This document shows, one piece after another, positions 1-11,790 of a stretch of 64,000 nt of DNA. Every line of letters begins with the position of its first letter. Position 1 is the first letter of the stretch. The stretch lies in the NCBI GenBank assembly GCA_046563655.1, contig CM102289.1:9362001-9426000 (forward strand), in the 5' to 3' direction. A program made the translations under genes and the position numbers. The notes beneath the pieces were generated by a model. It saw only the letters and a program-made list of their open reading frames with translations, made no database searches and was not told the origin of the DNA. This stretch comes from Yuukianura sp. NJ FZ-2021 (taxonomy: Eukaryota).

Positions 1-1563
1 TCTTGGTCCAAGAGTAATCATTTACTATACTTTGATAGCCCCGTAGGAACAGGTATCTGAACACACAAAAGTTAAAAATTACACTCTTTGCAAAAATTTT
101 TTTGAAAATTTTGAAATTTTAGAATTTTGAAATGTGCGTTTTTGGCTTTACCAGGTTTCAGTTTTGCGAATAGTACAGACTGTTTTGCGACGTCGCAAGT
201 AGACGTCGTCCGTGACCTGTATGCGGCGCTGATTCAATTTTTCCAGCTTTTTCCAGTTTTTCAACGCTGCAGTTTTTATATCGCTGGAACGTCTTACAGT
301 GGTAAGTTTCGACCAATCAAAAAAAAATACATTGCAACTACCCTATTTTCTCGCATATATTTTTGCTAAAAACATTTTTACGCAAATTTTTAACAAAAAT
401 CGTCAGTTTTCCCCGAAAAAATTGTTTTTCATTCCAAATTTCGTACTTTCTCAGATAATTATCAGATAAATTATAAGTGCTCCAATTTTTTTTTGTTGCA
501 AAATTTCTCAGATAAGAGTTTCAGATTTTTCGCAAATAAAAATTTCTGAGTTATTAGCGAGAAAATAGGGTATACTAACAAAATTAATGGATTAATTAGA
601 GTTTTTTGCGTTTAGGCAAGACAGTCCCTATGATAGGATACAAAATTCACCAAGAGAATTCTGGCCCGATTGGTCCAAAAATTAGAATGAACCTTAAGGG
701 CCTCATAATTGGAAGTGGGTACTTTGATGGCAAAATCCAAGACGAGTATTCAGATTTTTACTACCAGTTAGGACTCCTGGACAAAACACAAAAAGAGACA
801 TATCGAGAAGTGGAGCTCAAGATGAAGTCATACCTGGACCAGGAAGAGTTTGCTAAAGCAAGAGAGGTTGGACATTTTGAAAAAAAAAGTTTCAAAATTT
901 TGACCTTTTTTCAAAATTTTCAGGAGTTGACTAAACTGGTTCTAGTCAAATTCATGAACTACACTGGTTTTGATGACATTTTCATGTACAATGCTCTCCA
1001 TCCCCACACGCCCCCTTCAGTTCTAAATTTTGAGAGTTTTTTAAACACGACGTGCATGAAATCGCTGTTGCACGCGGGGTCAAGGTCATTTGACCTCCTC
1101 AGTGTTGGAGTCTACTCCAAGTTTTCTGAATCCGATTTCTACTTTTCTCCGAAAACCGAAATCGAAAAACTCCTAGACGCCAATTACAGAATCCTCATCT
1201 ACTCTGCCCAGTTTGACTTGATTGTAACGCATACTGGACAAAGTAAATTTTTAGAAACTTTGTCTTGGCATGGAACTAAAAACTTCCTGGAAGCTCCTCG
1301 AAAACACTGGAAAGTGAACCATACTCTGGCGGGGTACACAAAGGAATATGACAATCTCATCTCCATTCTCATCAGGAACGCAGGTAGACATAAATATTTG
1401 AAAAATTTAAAATTTCCAAAATCAAAATCTTAAAAAAAGTTCAACATCTCAAAATTTTCTAATTACTAATAATTGAAAATGTCCAGGACATACAGCGTGT
1501 TCTGACCAGCCTGTTTGGTGCGAAGACATGGTCGAAACATTCACAAAACGCCATGGCCGTTAG
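1..1563 (+). CDS. Serine carboxypeptidase, peptidase S10 (CPVL/venom carboxypeptidase-like), 5' partial, multi-exon
   Basis: Motifs YFDSPVGTG|FSF, FYIAGTSYSG|K (catalytic Ser), NLKGLIIGSG, YSAQFDLIV (Asp) and RNAG|HT (His), joined across GT-AG introns. Stop TAG at 1561-1563. Confidence 0.9.
341..570. mobile_element. MITE-like element in carboxypeptidase intron, flanked by TA
   Basis: CCCTATTTTCTCGC (341-354) and GCGAGAAAATAGGG (557-570) are perfect inverted termini, with TA at 339-340 and 571-572. Confidence 0.7.
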
Positions 1564-1723
1564 CCTTTGGTGGTGAAAAGTTGATTTATTCTTTATTTTT
1601 TTTATACAAGGAAATTAAGCATACTTCTTAATTTATGGCCGAATTAGTTTATCAATGGATTGAATTCATGAATTCATAAGGTTGCCTGACAGGTATGGAA
1701 ATCCATGTTCATGACACAAACTC

Positions 1724-2928
1724 TCAGTCTATTTCGATTTGTAGATCTAAAATACAAAAATAAATAAGATAAATATAAAAATATATAATTTCATTGTCGA
1801 ATTAAAAGTGTATTTAGTACTGCATTTAAATGCATATAAGTTTAAAATTGAACCTTCAAGTTTGGATTGGATTAACTCCAGTTGATAAAGGTCGTCGCAG
1901 GCAATTTCCCACTCCTTGTGCAAGTTTTCTAAAATTCTCTCTTTTCTGTACTGAAGAAACTCGTTGTTTGCTTCTAGTTTTTTCGTTTTGGCGAAAGTTT
2001 TTGACAAGTCAATAATGCGTTCCTTCGCACGCTCCATAGCACTATCCAATATGTTGACAGCATTCGCTCGATTTTCTTCCAGATTCAGGTTCTACAAAAG
2101 AATCAATTTAAAAAAAAGTTAAATTGACCTCTGTTGACCTTTGACCTCTGCTCTGGGTCAAACGCTTAAAACCCCGTTTGGACAATTGGAGACTAAGGTA
2201 AACGCAAAAAAACCTAGTGAATCGGTTGAAATGTCGCTGAGTAAAACGGGGACAAAGTTTTTCAAAATGGTGACTTCAAGCGGAGAAAACAGAGTTATGA
2301 CATGGGGGAACTTTTTTTTAAGTTTTGAAAAGGAATCTGGCTTAGGACATCATACTACTACACTCTTACCAAGTTTCATGAAAATTCGTTACTATGGATA
2401 CAAACAACGTAACTTTCCGGTTAGCAATGGACTTACTCTTTTATAAGTTATGTTTTTTTTTGTGTTATATATTTAAGTTTGCGTACCTCGAAACAATTGG
2501 TTAGCACTCCGAACTCCGTCGGAGTAACATAATACTCCCTCGTTGCTAACGGAAAGTTATCCATAGTTAGGACGCTAACTTCAAATAATGAAACTAATAT
2601 GGCGTTCTTGATTGTTAAAATGTGACAACTCGAATTTTTGTAATTTCCAGACAACCTGCTAACAAAAGTTGGGAAATCGGACTCAAAGATTTTTTTCTCG
2701 CAGACTCTGAGACTCCCATTTCAAAGAAAAGTCAAGTTTTACAGATCAAACTAAACTTTCCTCATGGATGATTGCAAATGATTAAAGTTTAGTTAATTTA
2801 CATTTTACTTTTAGACATCTCACATTCTACATTACATTTAGCTTGAAATCTACTCGTACAAATTAAATTAGTTTGTAAACTCAGTTTGAGTTTTGCACTA
2901 GTTTCTCACGACGCTGACTTACCTTCAT
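1724..2928 (-). CDS. Putative small coiled-coil protein (~90 aa, 3 exons), function unknown
   Basis: ATG AAG|gtaagt at 2928-2923 splices in frame to NLNLEENRANAVNILDSAMERAKERIIDL...QSKLE, then to DLQIEID-TGA (1724-1726). No homologue recognised. Confidence 0.4.
2255..2735. repeat. Degenerate inverted-repeat element (probable transposon remnant) in an intron
   Basis: CTATGGATA...TAACTTTCCGGTTAGCAA (~2392-2427) is inverted relative to TTGCTAACGGAAAGTTATCCATAG (~2543-2566). Outer arms are weaker. Confidence 0.4.
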
Positions 2929-3427
2929 GGTGTTTCAAGGTTATGAATGTCGTCAAAGATTTTCTACACAAACTACAAACGAATATTTCAATTTCCTCTG
3001 CTTCTATTTCTTAAGATTGATTTTTTTTTGAAACGCCACGCCGACAACAAGCCAACAACTGACCCTTGGAATCATTTGCACATTGCACCCGCATTTCTTT
3101 TCCGAGAAGATTTAAATTTAACACTTTAGAAATAAAGGGTTAACATAAAATTTTGAGTGTTTCAAATCATGTGCTTTTTGAACCTTTTCTTTGTAATTCC
3201 TTTTCTTCGAAATATTGGTTTTGATTTCGAAGACGGAAAAAACGTCGTGCATTGATATTTGTGTATTGTGTGAAAAAATGTAGCCTCGAAACTTCCTTTG
3301 CATTTGTTTTTTATTTGGAATTTGTTTGGAGTTATACGACATAAAGAAGTAGAGAAATCGCTGACCTTTCACCTTGATCTTGACGCTTTGATCTCAATTT
3401 GCTTAAATAAAATATTATAATAAGGAT

Positions 3428-4572
3428 TTAGTAATACATACGTCCTGCTCTGTACACAACTTTGCTGTTAAATGGATCCCAACTGGCAATCAGAAGAGTT
3501 TTACGAACTCCAATTGCTAGGCGCTCATGTGCTCGAAGGAGGGGATTTCCCATTTCTCGTCCCACATCTTCACATTGGATGATAAATTGAGCATGGAACT
3601 TGGATGGGTCTCCTACACAGACAAATCACAACTAATTAATCATGATTAATCAACCTCCACTTAATTAATTGAGCATTGCAAGGCTACCTGGATATGCAAG
3701 AAAGTGTCCTCCAAACTTAACTCCTGAGGTTAAGAAGTAATTCCTATGTAAGCAAAATTCTTCGAATACTCTTAGCATTAGTTTTTCCAGATGAGTGGAT
3801 GGCTCAGGGTAATCGTACGGAACGTAGTCATTGCTGTCCACCCAAGGATCTTCTAAAGACAAAAATGACATACAATTTTGATTCGTCGTGGGACATGTCC
3901 GGAATGCTGAGTTCATTGGACGTTTATAACAAAAGTTGGATGCTTACTGTAATCTATTTGAACAAATTCAAGTGGAGCTTTTCTGACTTTGGCCATTTCT
4001 TCTTGAATTAGCGTTTCACGGTCGGGCACAATGCGACCTTTGTTCCGCTTTCCTTCAATGATTTTGTCCAGGTACACCTCCAGTGAAGCTCTTTTCCGAA
4101 TTCGGTGCTCTTCAAGCTAAAAAAGACACAATGGAGATAGTTAATTAGGAAATAGCTAATTCCAGCGGCGAAAAAAATTGAAAACAACCTGCTTCGCAAC
4201 GCGGTCGTTCCGGAGAGCTTGATAAGCTTCTACTGCTACTGGTCGCTGTAACGTTTTGAGTCGTTTGCCCGGTTCAAGTTCAACTGTCCGTGCAATACCA
4301 TTCTTGACTAAATACTGGACTTCGACCGGCATCAGTTTAAATGGCAGTCGGACTTGCGTTGTCTCGCTCTCCGTTAAGGCTCCGTCGAATGACCCCATGA
4401 TTTTGTGTTCTGTACGTAACTTGTGCCAATCTACAAAGCATAAATCCCAATTTAAATTGACTTGAACTTAAAGTTCATTTCATCAGTGGATTAGTGGATA
4501 TCATTTGACCTTGACCTTACCTTCTGCATTCCAAATGTAGCCTTCGCCATTGGACACGACAATGTCTATCAT
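3428..4572 (-). CDS. TSEN34: tRNA-splicing endonuclease subunit Sen34 (4 exons)
   Basis: MIDIVVSNGEGYIWNAE|DWHKLRTEHKIMGSFDG...LPFKLMP, then YFLTSGVKFGGHFLAYP|GDPSKFHAQF...RLAIGVRKT, with catalytic Tyr, His and Lys present. Confidence 0.92.
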
Positions 4573-6048
4573 TTCAATTTCTCTCGCAGCTCATAAACGG
4601 AAAAATGGCTGCAGTCAGTCAGTCGGTGTGCCCTCTGGAAAGAAAATTCAGTCCGGTTAATTAATTGAGGTTTAATTAATCAATCAATTTACAAGAGTAT
4701 GGAATTTACCAAATTAAGACACTGACTTTTGACATGTCCAAAAAACAAACAAACGCGAAAATAAAAATTTTAAAATTCATACAGTTGTTTACCGCCTTTA
4801 TGAAATTTGAATTCAAACAAGATTCATTCCCGCCTTTCCCGTTTTAGAAAAGGACTGGGGTATTTTGGGATCGGACTCGCGGGACTTTTGATTTTGAATC
4901 CATCTTTGGTCATAATTTATGACTCATAAACAACAAGAAAATGGCACCTTTTGGTTCAAGAGGAACAACGTCTCAAGGATTGACGAAGGTCATTCATCAA
5001 TTTGAGTGACCTTGAATAACTTCGACCTTTGCTTTCAGTTTGACTTTGATTTGATACACAATGAATGATGACGTGAAAATCCAATTGACAAATTAGCCCT
5101 TACATTCAAAAAACCGTGACCGAATCCAAGTCCAACTTTTTTTGCACGAATGATACGGTCGGACAAACAGCATCAGAGCAAGTGAAGTTAGGCAGTCATC
5201 AAATCATCATCATCGTCATCATATCGTAAAATCACTATTATACCACATGCGGTCATACCCATACTAAAAGTGATTACTAGCAGCTGGTGATTTGCATTGC
5301 AAAAAGTCAAGAAGGAAGTTCTGGGGACCACTAGCGTATGGTCGTGCTAAAATTGTGAGTGTCAACCTTGGATTTTTGTCAAGAGACTTTTTTGTAATAA
5401 CTTTTTCGATGTTGAATTATTAACAGTCACTTCTTTTCTGCAGTGTGCAAGCACAAGAGACACGAGCTAAACGGAAAACTACTTGATTCAAGATTCAATA
5501 CTGTTTCCAAGTTCCAATTCCAAATTACAATCCAAGGTTCACTTTTCTTTTGGAAGTCCAATTAAGGTCAAGGTTGTGATTGACATCGTCTGACCAATTT
5601 CGTCTTAATTGGAAAATTAGAATTGAATCAGTGGTGTTTCATTAACATTTTACAGGTAAACAGTTTAAATTTAACTACGTATTGACCCGATTAACTGAAA
5701 TACTTTGTTATTCAGGTACTACCACCGTCATAGTCATTACCCTATTCCTTTTTTAAGTGTCCAAGCATCTAATTACCGTTAACCACAAACAACCTGAGGT
5801 CGCTGCTCAAGTTCATATGCCCAAACACGTTCAAGTTTTACTTAATTGTTCACCGTGAACCAAATGCGTTGTATAATTTTTCAAACTAAGCTTAAGCCAT
5901 GTCATTTCTAAGATTGAGATTTTAAACGTCATTGTAAACTGGAGTTATCCGACGACAGTCCTACTTTATTGGTTAGGATTGAACTAGAATTTAATTGGAT
6001 AACTATTAGTTGTAGTTGTAACATTTTATTTTTGTAATTTCAGAAATC

Positions 6049-6618
6049 ATGGGCAGTCGACCATCTCTGTTACTACGCGACGAAGAATTGGCAGAAATTC
6101 AGAAGGAGACTGGATTCACATCAAACCAAATCGAACGACTCTACAGCCGATTCACAGCCCTTGACAAATCAAACACCGGTGCTTTGAGTAGAGACGACTT
6201 TCTGCGCATTCCAGAACTGGCGATTAATCCTTTAGGGGATAGAATTGTCAATTCGTTTTTCCGACATAACGAGGATGACCGTGTGAACTTCCGTCAGTTC
6301 GTTCGAGTCCTAGCCCATTTCCGTCCAGTGAGAAAGAATAAGGAGAACCAGTTCAATTCCCGGGAGGGGAAGCTCCATTTTGCCTTCAAATTGTACGACA
6401 TTGACGATGATGACAAGATTACCAAAGAAGAACTGTTGGCAATTCTGCAGATGATGGTTGGAGAGAACATCAGTGAAGAGCAGTTGTTGAGCATCGCTGA
6501 ACGAACTATTGTTGAAGCTGACACGGATGGAGATGGGATGATTGGGTTTGAAGAATTCTGTGTTGCTCTGGAACGATCCCAAGTGGAACACAAAATGTCA
6601 ATCAAATTCCTAAACTAA
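6049..6618 (+). CDS. CHP1: Calcineurin B homologous protein 1 (EF-hand), single coding exon
   Basis: MGSRPSLLLRDEELAEIQKETGFTSNQIERLYSRFTALDK...RIPELAINPLGDRI...KMSIKFLN; EF-hands and N-terminal MG. Confidence 0.97.
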   Translation: MGSRPSLLLRDEELAEIQKETGFTSNQIERLYSRFTALDKSNTGALSRDDFLRIPELAINPLGDRIVNSFFRHNEDDRVNFRQFVRVLAHFRPVRKNKENQFNSREGKLHFAFKLYDIDDDDKITKEELLAILQMMVGENISEEQLLSIAERTIVEADTDGDGMIGFEEFCVALERSQVEHKMSIKFLN

Positions 6619-7123
6619 TTGGTAGTGTTTAAACCATTATCACAAAGACACTTTACCATTCTTCTTTTAGTTAATTAAGAATTACTTTCAAATTAGGTCA
6701 AGTCTTCCATGTTTTCTTCAATTCTTTCTGAAATCGCAATTACTTTTCTCCAAAACTGTTTCCAAATTGATGTTCGTGTAGGAAGAATAATTGTTTTATT
6801 TTGAACCATAATCGAAATTCATAACTTCGCAATCGATTAATCGATTAATACAGTCATGTTTGATTTAGCATTTGGGTTAAGTCTGAATAAAAATCCATCA
6901 TAGTAGTGGCTAATCAATTTATTGTAAGCACTTTAAAAATAAGCAACATAACATTAAGTTCTGTGTAACTCAAAATTAACATAAAGTGTTTTTCTTCACC
7001 TTCGGTACCACTTTGGGTGTTTTTTTTATACCACTTTGGGTGTTAGATCAAAAATAGAAAAAAGACGTCCGATGATGGATACTTCCAGCTTCATCAGCAT
7101 TCGTGAAATTCGTTGAGCGCATC

Positions 7124-8803
7124 TTAGGCGTGCTTAAGCTCCACGTCAAAGACCAACGTGGCGTTTGGAGGAATGTCGGGTGGAGAGCCCTGCTTTCCAT
7201 ACCTATTTCAGATTATCGATTAGATTTAATCAATATTTAACACATTTTAGTTAAAACGTAGGCAACACTTACGCCAAATTCGGAGGAATGATCAACTTCC
7301 GCTTGCCACCGACCTTCATTCCTTCAATTCCGATGTCCCAGCCCTTGATTACTTCGTTCTTAGCCAAGTGGAATCCGAGGTCTCCGCGATCAAAAACACG
7401 ATCATTCGACTTCAAACGCCCCACATAGTTTACTTTCACCTGAAACAAGATTTTTAATTGAAAAAATGTTAATTAGGTTACGATTAGTTGAATACTTGGC
7501 AGCACTTGATCCTTTTACCTTCCTCCCTGCCTTGGCCGGTTGTCCATTGCCAATTTTAACTTCAGTAATCATTACTCCGCCTAAACCATAAATCAAACGT
7601 TAATTAGTGCCATTATCAAATAAATATCAATTGAAAAGTGAATTGAATTTGTCAAAAGTCTTACTCTTGTGTAGTGTCTTCATCGGAGTATGCCCAGCTG
7701 ACGATGGCAGTTTTAGTGCAGTCGTTGGTGTTTTCGGTTCCGGAGTTTTTGGTGTATTCAACTTGGAGTTGTCCAATTTTTGTTTCTTGATTGGCGGAGT
7801 TCCAGTATCGCCAGTATCATTCTGTTTCTTAGCATTCTTAGCACTGGATACTGGAGAAGTAGGTGCCGTTGGTTTGTCTTCTGCATTGTCAAACTCGACT
7901 TTTACCTTCTGTTTCTTCTTGTTCTTTTTAGTTTCGGATTTTCCATTTGCCAAAGCGGCTGGAACTATGGCTGGCTCCTCCTCATCCTCCATTTGACCTT
8001 CGTCTTCTTCTTCGTAAATTTCGAGGTCACTGTCTTCTTCGTCATCGTCCTCGTCGCTATCAAGGTTGAACATGGCAGCAAGATCTTCATCGTCATCAGA
8101 TTCTGAACCCTCCTCTTCATCCTCATCATTGTCTCCGAATCCATCTATTGCTTCATTATCTTCGTCACTGCTGCCTTTTTCAAACGTTTTCTCTTCATGT
8201 TGCTCTCGAATGGAAACTCGCTTCTTGTTGCCCTGCTTGTTTGCTTTGGTCTTGTCTGTGACAAGGATAGACTGCTGAGCGTTGGCAGGGACAGTCACGG
8301 CAGAGGATGAATCAAATGATACGTCGGATACTGATGTTCCGGAAAGTACGTAGCCAGTAAGGTAAACGCGTGAGTTCTTGGAACAGCCTTCGACACGAAA
8401 CTCAAGTTGAGCTCCGACCTCGAATTGTGTCCCGAGCGGAACCTGATAGATCCCGATGGCTGGAGCCAAGGAGCACAGTAGAAATTCTTTGTCATTGTAA
8501 ATCACATAGACGGAGTAGATCCTCCCATTATCTATAAGAAAAAATCAGCGGGTATATGTTTAATTAATCCGAAATTGATAAATTGAAGGTCAACTTTGTC
8601 TGAATCTGCGGTAAATCGTACCTTGTTCCGGGACTGGAACCTTTAACGCGGCCGTAGCGACGTGAAATGCCTGCGGAACCTTCTGGGTGTACTTTTTACC
8701 ACCTTCCAGGGTAAGACCTTAAATTTCAATTAATTGAGATTTCAAAAGCCAAAAGTCATAGTCTCAGACGATTTATAGTCGTTTTAGTCTTACCCCAAAA
8801 CAT
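7124..8803 (-). CDS. Fkbp39: Nuclear FK506-binding protein FKBP39/46 (nucleoplasmin domain, acidic and basic tracts, FKBP PPIase)
   Basis: [23 protein letters not shown] nucleoplasmin N-terminus, RVYLTGY, D/E tract, and C-terminal [24 protein letters not shown]...[18 protein letters not shown]. Confidence 0.92.
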
Positions 8804-9146
8804 CTTCGTCGATTGCTGACAAACTGAATGACAGGACACACTTCTTCACCGAACAATTCTGGAGGACTTTTAGACTTCTTCAACCTCAACGTCAACCGCA
8901 CCGCGTGCATGCATTTACCATACACTTTTTCACTCACACAAAGACCTCCTGTTTCAACTCCCGCGCTCTCTCACTCCAACACATGCTTTGATACTGCATA
9001 TAGTTAATGTACTGCCAGTACCAGTAATACGACTGTTTTCGCCAGTACTTTTGATAAAAGTTGTGATCCGGAATTTCATTTTTAAAAAGTGAAAACAAAA
9101 CGTCGTTTTTATTGTTTTTATTTTACTAATAACGTGGTGTATTTGT

Positions 9147-10228
9147 CTAGTACCAATAAGTTTTCTTGGGTATTCTGTTCTCAACTATTCCCATTGATTC
9201 CATAATGTCCATTTCAAACGTTTTCAACTCCGGCTGAAACGTTACTTTCTCAACGTCTTCTTTCTTTGTATCTTTAGTTGATTCTGGAAATTACAAAGTA
9301 TTATGATTATAATATAGAAACGTGGGAGATCTTAATTTTAATGTTGAAGAGAAACTTACCAACATAAGCAGACCTCACTTTGTAATCGTACGTTTCAAGA
9401 GCTATGGCTGGCATTGGAATTATTCTGCCAGTGCGTTTCGAAACTCTCACTTTCTCCCCGTCCTCTGTAAATCTCCATTCGATGCTAGTTCCCTTGCTGA
9501 AAATAGGAATAATACACTGACACATTGGTAAAACAATCGTTTTGGATCATTTTCTAGACGCTTGTTGTGAATTCTTACTTATCTGATGGATCCACTAACA
9601 TTACTTCTGTAGTCACAAGGAGAGGCTCCTCCTCTCTCATGATCATTCCTGACGCATGATCAGGGCGACGATACGTCCAGTTCATTCCACCAACAATTAC
9701 CCAGTTTCTCTCTTCGAAAACCTAAAATTTAACATTACGAAAGCATTAAGTAGGTCACCGGGTCAATGATTTTAAATCCTGTTTTCCATGATTACTTGTG
9801 AGACGAGTCCAATCTTCCCTTTGTCACGTCCGACTAGAATTTCTACCCGATCTCCCCGGAATATGCTCCAGTCTTTAATGGGCTCCACAAAAATTTCTTC
9901 ATTTGGCTGGATGCCTTCGTTTTCCTGTCGAAACTCGGCAGTCCATGGACGATGGGTTGAAAATCGGAAGTCCTTTGCTTTTCTCTTGCGTTGATAAGGA
10001 AGATACTGAATGAGCTTCGGCGCTGTGTATTCCACCTAGCGACATCAAAATACTTTCTTTAGAATTTAATATTACTCATTTTTATAAAGAACATAAGAAA
10101 TGAGTGCCATTTTTAATTTTTACCTGTTCAGCTGCCCGTTTTATGTAAGAATCGGGTAAATTGGAGTACTGTTTAGTCAGTTTCCCAACTCTTTTCAGGA
10201 TGCATAACGCTGGAGCTGTGAACCTCAT
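9147..10228 (-). CDS. mRpL24: Mitochondrial ribosomal protein L24 (5 exons)
   Basis: [33 protein letters not shown] (KOW), [23 protein letters not shown], and terminal [25 protein letters not shown]. Confidence 0.95.
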
Positions 10229-10794
10229 CGTTCAGGATTATACCCCTAATTATGAAATCAAAGTTTTAAACAAGTGTTGTTAACTTTATTAACGTGCGTT
10301 AATTTAATTTTAACGTGTTTAGTTACATAAAAAACACTAAACAAAAACAAACATTGTTTATTTTTTGAATATGTAAATCAGTTTCCCGCTTTTATGATTT
10401 ACTGCTCAAAGCTGAGACTTGGAAATTTTGAAAATCAGTGGGTAGTTTTTCGCGGGAAAGTTTTCGGATTTTCGAATTTGAATTGATTGTTTTGGTTTTT
10501 TTTTAAATGCAATGCAAAGTCACAAGTTGTTCCTGAGATTTGATTTTTAATTTTTAATTAGTAATGAATTAACCAGGCCAATAATTTGCTAATTAGCTTT
10601 TTCAGTGGATGTTGAGTCAATATTTGGTGTGCTAAGTATTTAATTGTCTTCAGTGGGAAGCCAATAACAAGGAAAACGACAGTGATTACGATTACGGTAT
10701 AATCGTAAAGAATAACGATTTTGAGAAGATTTTAGTTATATGACTTTGTAATTTCTAAATGCTTCATACAGGTGGAAAAGTGGGGTTCCAAGCG

Positions 10795-11349
10795 ATGTCA
10801 TATTTTTCTTGCAGTAGACTCTTGCTGCAACATCACAGCAATGTCAAATTGTGTCAGTGTTTTCGTAACTATGCAAAACCGGGTGGTTCAACTTCAAATA
10901 TCGGAGGTACGTCGCTAGCCAAGGTCTTCATCAGTTACTTTTTCACATTTTCATGTGTTTGTAAACAGGTATATCTTCTTTGGGAGGAAAAAAGAAGATA
11001 GGCAAGGCCGGTCCAACATTAGAGAAGAAAGTACTGCCAGTTGAAAGCGATCCAGAAAAACTTGTGAACTTCGTGTGCGGTTCTAACATCCTGCAGACTG
11101 GAGAAGATGTTAAACTGAAACCCGATAATGAATATCCTGATTGGCTATGGGGACTCAGACTCGGTAACGATAACGATATGTTTAAAAAGCAATTTTTTTT
11201 CTACCGATTATTATTGCCTTCTTTTGTTATCAATAGGGAAGCCTCCACCACTGAGTGAACTTGAATACGATTCACCCGAATACTGGAGGAGAGTAGTTAC
11301 TTTGGGACGTCAAAATACGCAAAAACTGTTAAAGAATAAGAAGTTTTAG
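10795..11349 (+). CDS. mRpL54: Mitochondrial ribosomal protein L54 (3 exons; alternative start at 10759)
   Basis: Presequence ending RNYAK, then LPVESDPEKLVNFVCGSNI...KLKPDNEYPDWLW and LEYDSPEYWRR. Confidence 0.93.
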
Positions 11350-11790
11350 TGTGCTTGTGCTTAGTTTGTCATTCGAATGAAGGTCAGAGTTAAAATATAA
11401 ATTCCGTTCCACTTGAACCTTACCGCTAAATATCAAACCTAACTTTCATTGTGAATTCTGGCAAGTTCTTGGCTGATTTTGGATATTGTGATGCTAGGCT
11501 TATTTTTTGTTTTTGGATTTGTATCGATTCTGGATCTGGATCACTCGGACGAAGATAACATTAGCATTTGATTGAGGACAAAGGAAGAGGAGCTCATTGA
11601 ACCAACAAGAAAGACACAAGATTTGTGGAGCATTCATTGCTTTCACTCGTCCTACTTTCTCATGTTCCAGGAAGTTTTCATATTCTGAAGGGAAAATTCG
11701 GTGCATCAACTCAACCTTGCTTTCTCTTACACTTAAAAACAGCGACTAGATTCTGATTTAAAATTTTTCAAGTTTACTAAAATTTTATTA

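Noticed and set aside
2923..3010. C2H2-like peptide FVCSLCRKSLTTFITLKHHE on the minus strand
   Set aside because: The finger is incomplete, and splicing in this frame reaches a stop within about 16 codons.
6294..8278. Antisense and alternative-frame ORFs over CHP1 and FKBP39 (likewise over GON4L, LRRC49 and the taperin-like gene)
   Set aside because: These are shadow ORFs of real coding or low-complexity exons.
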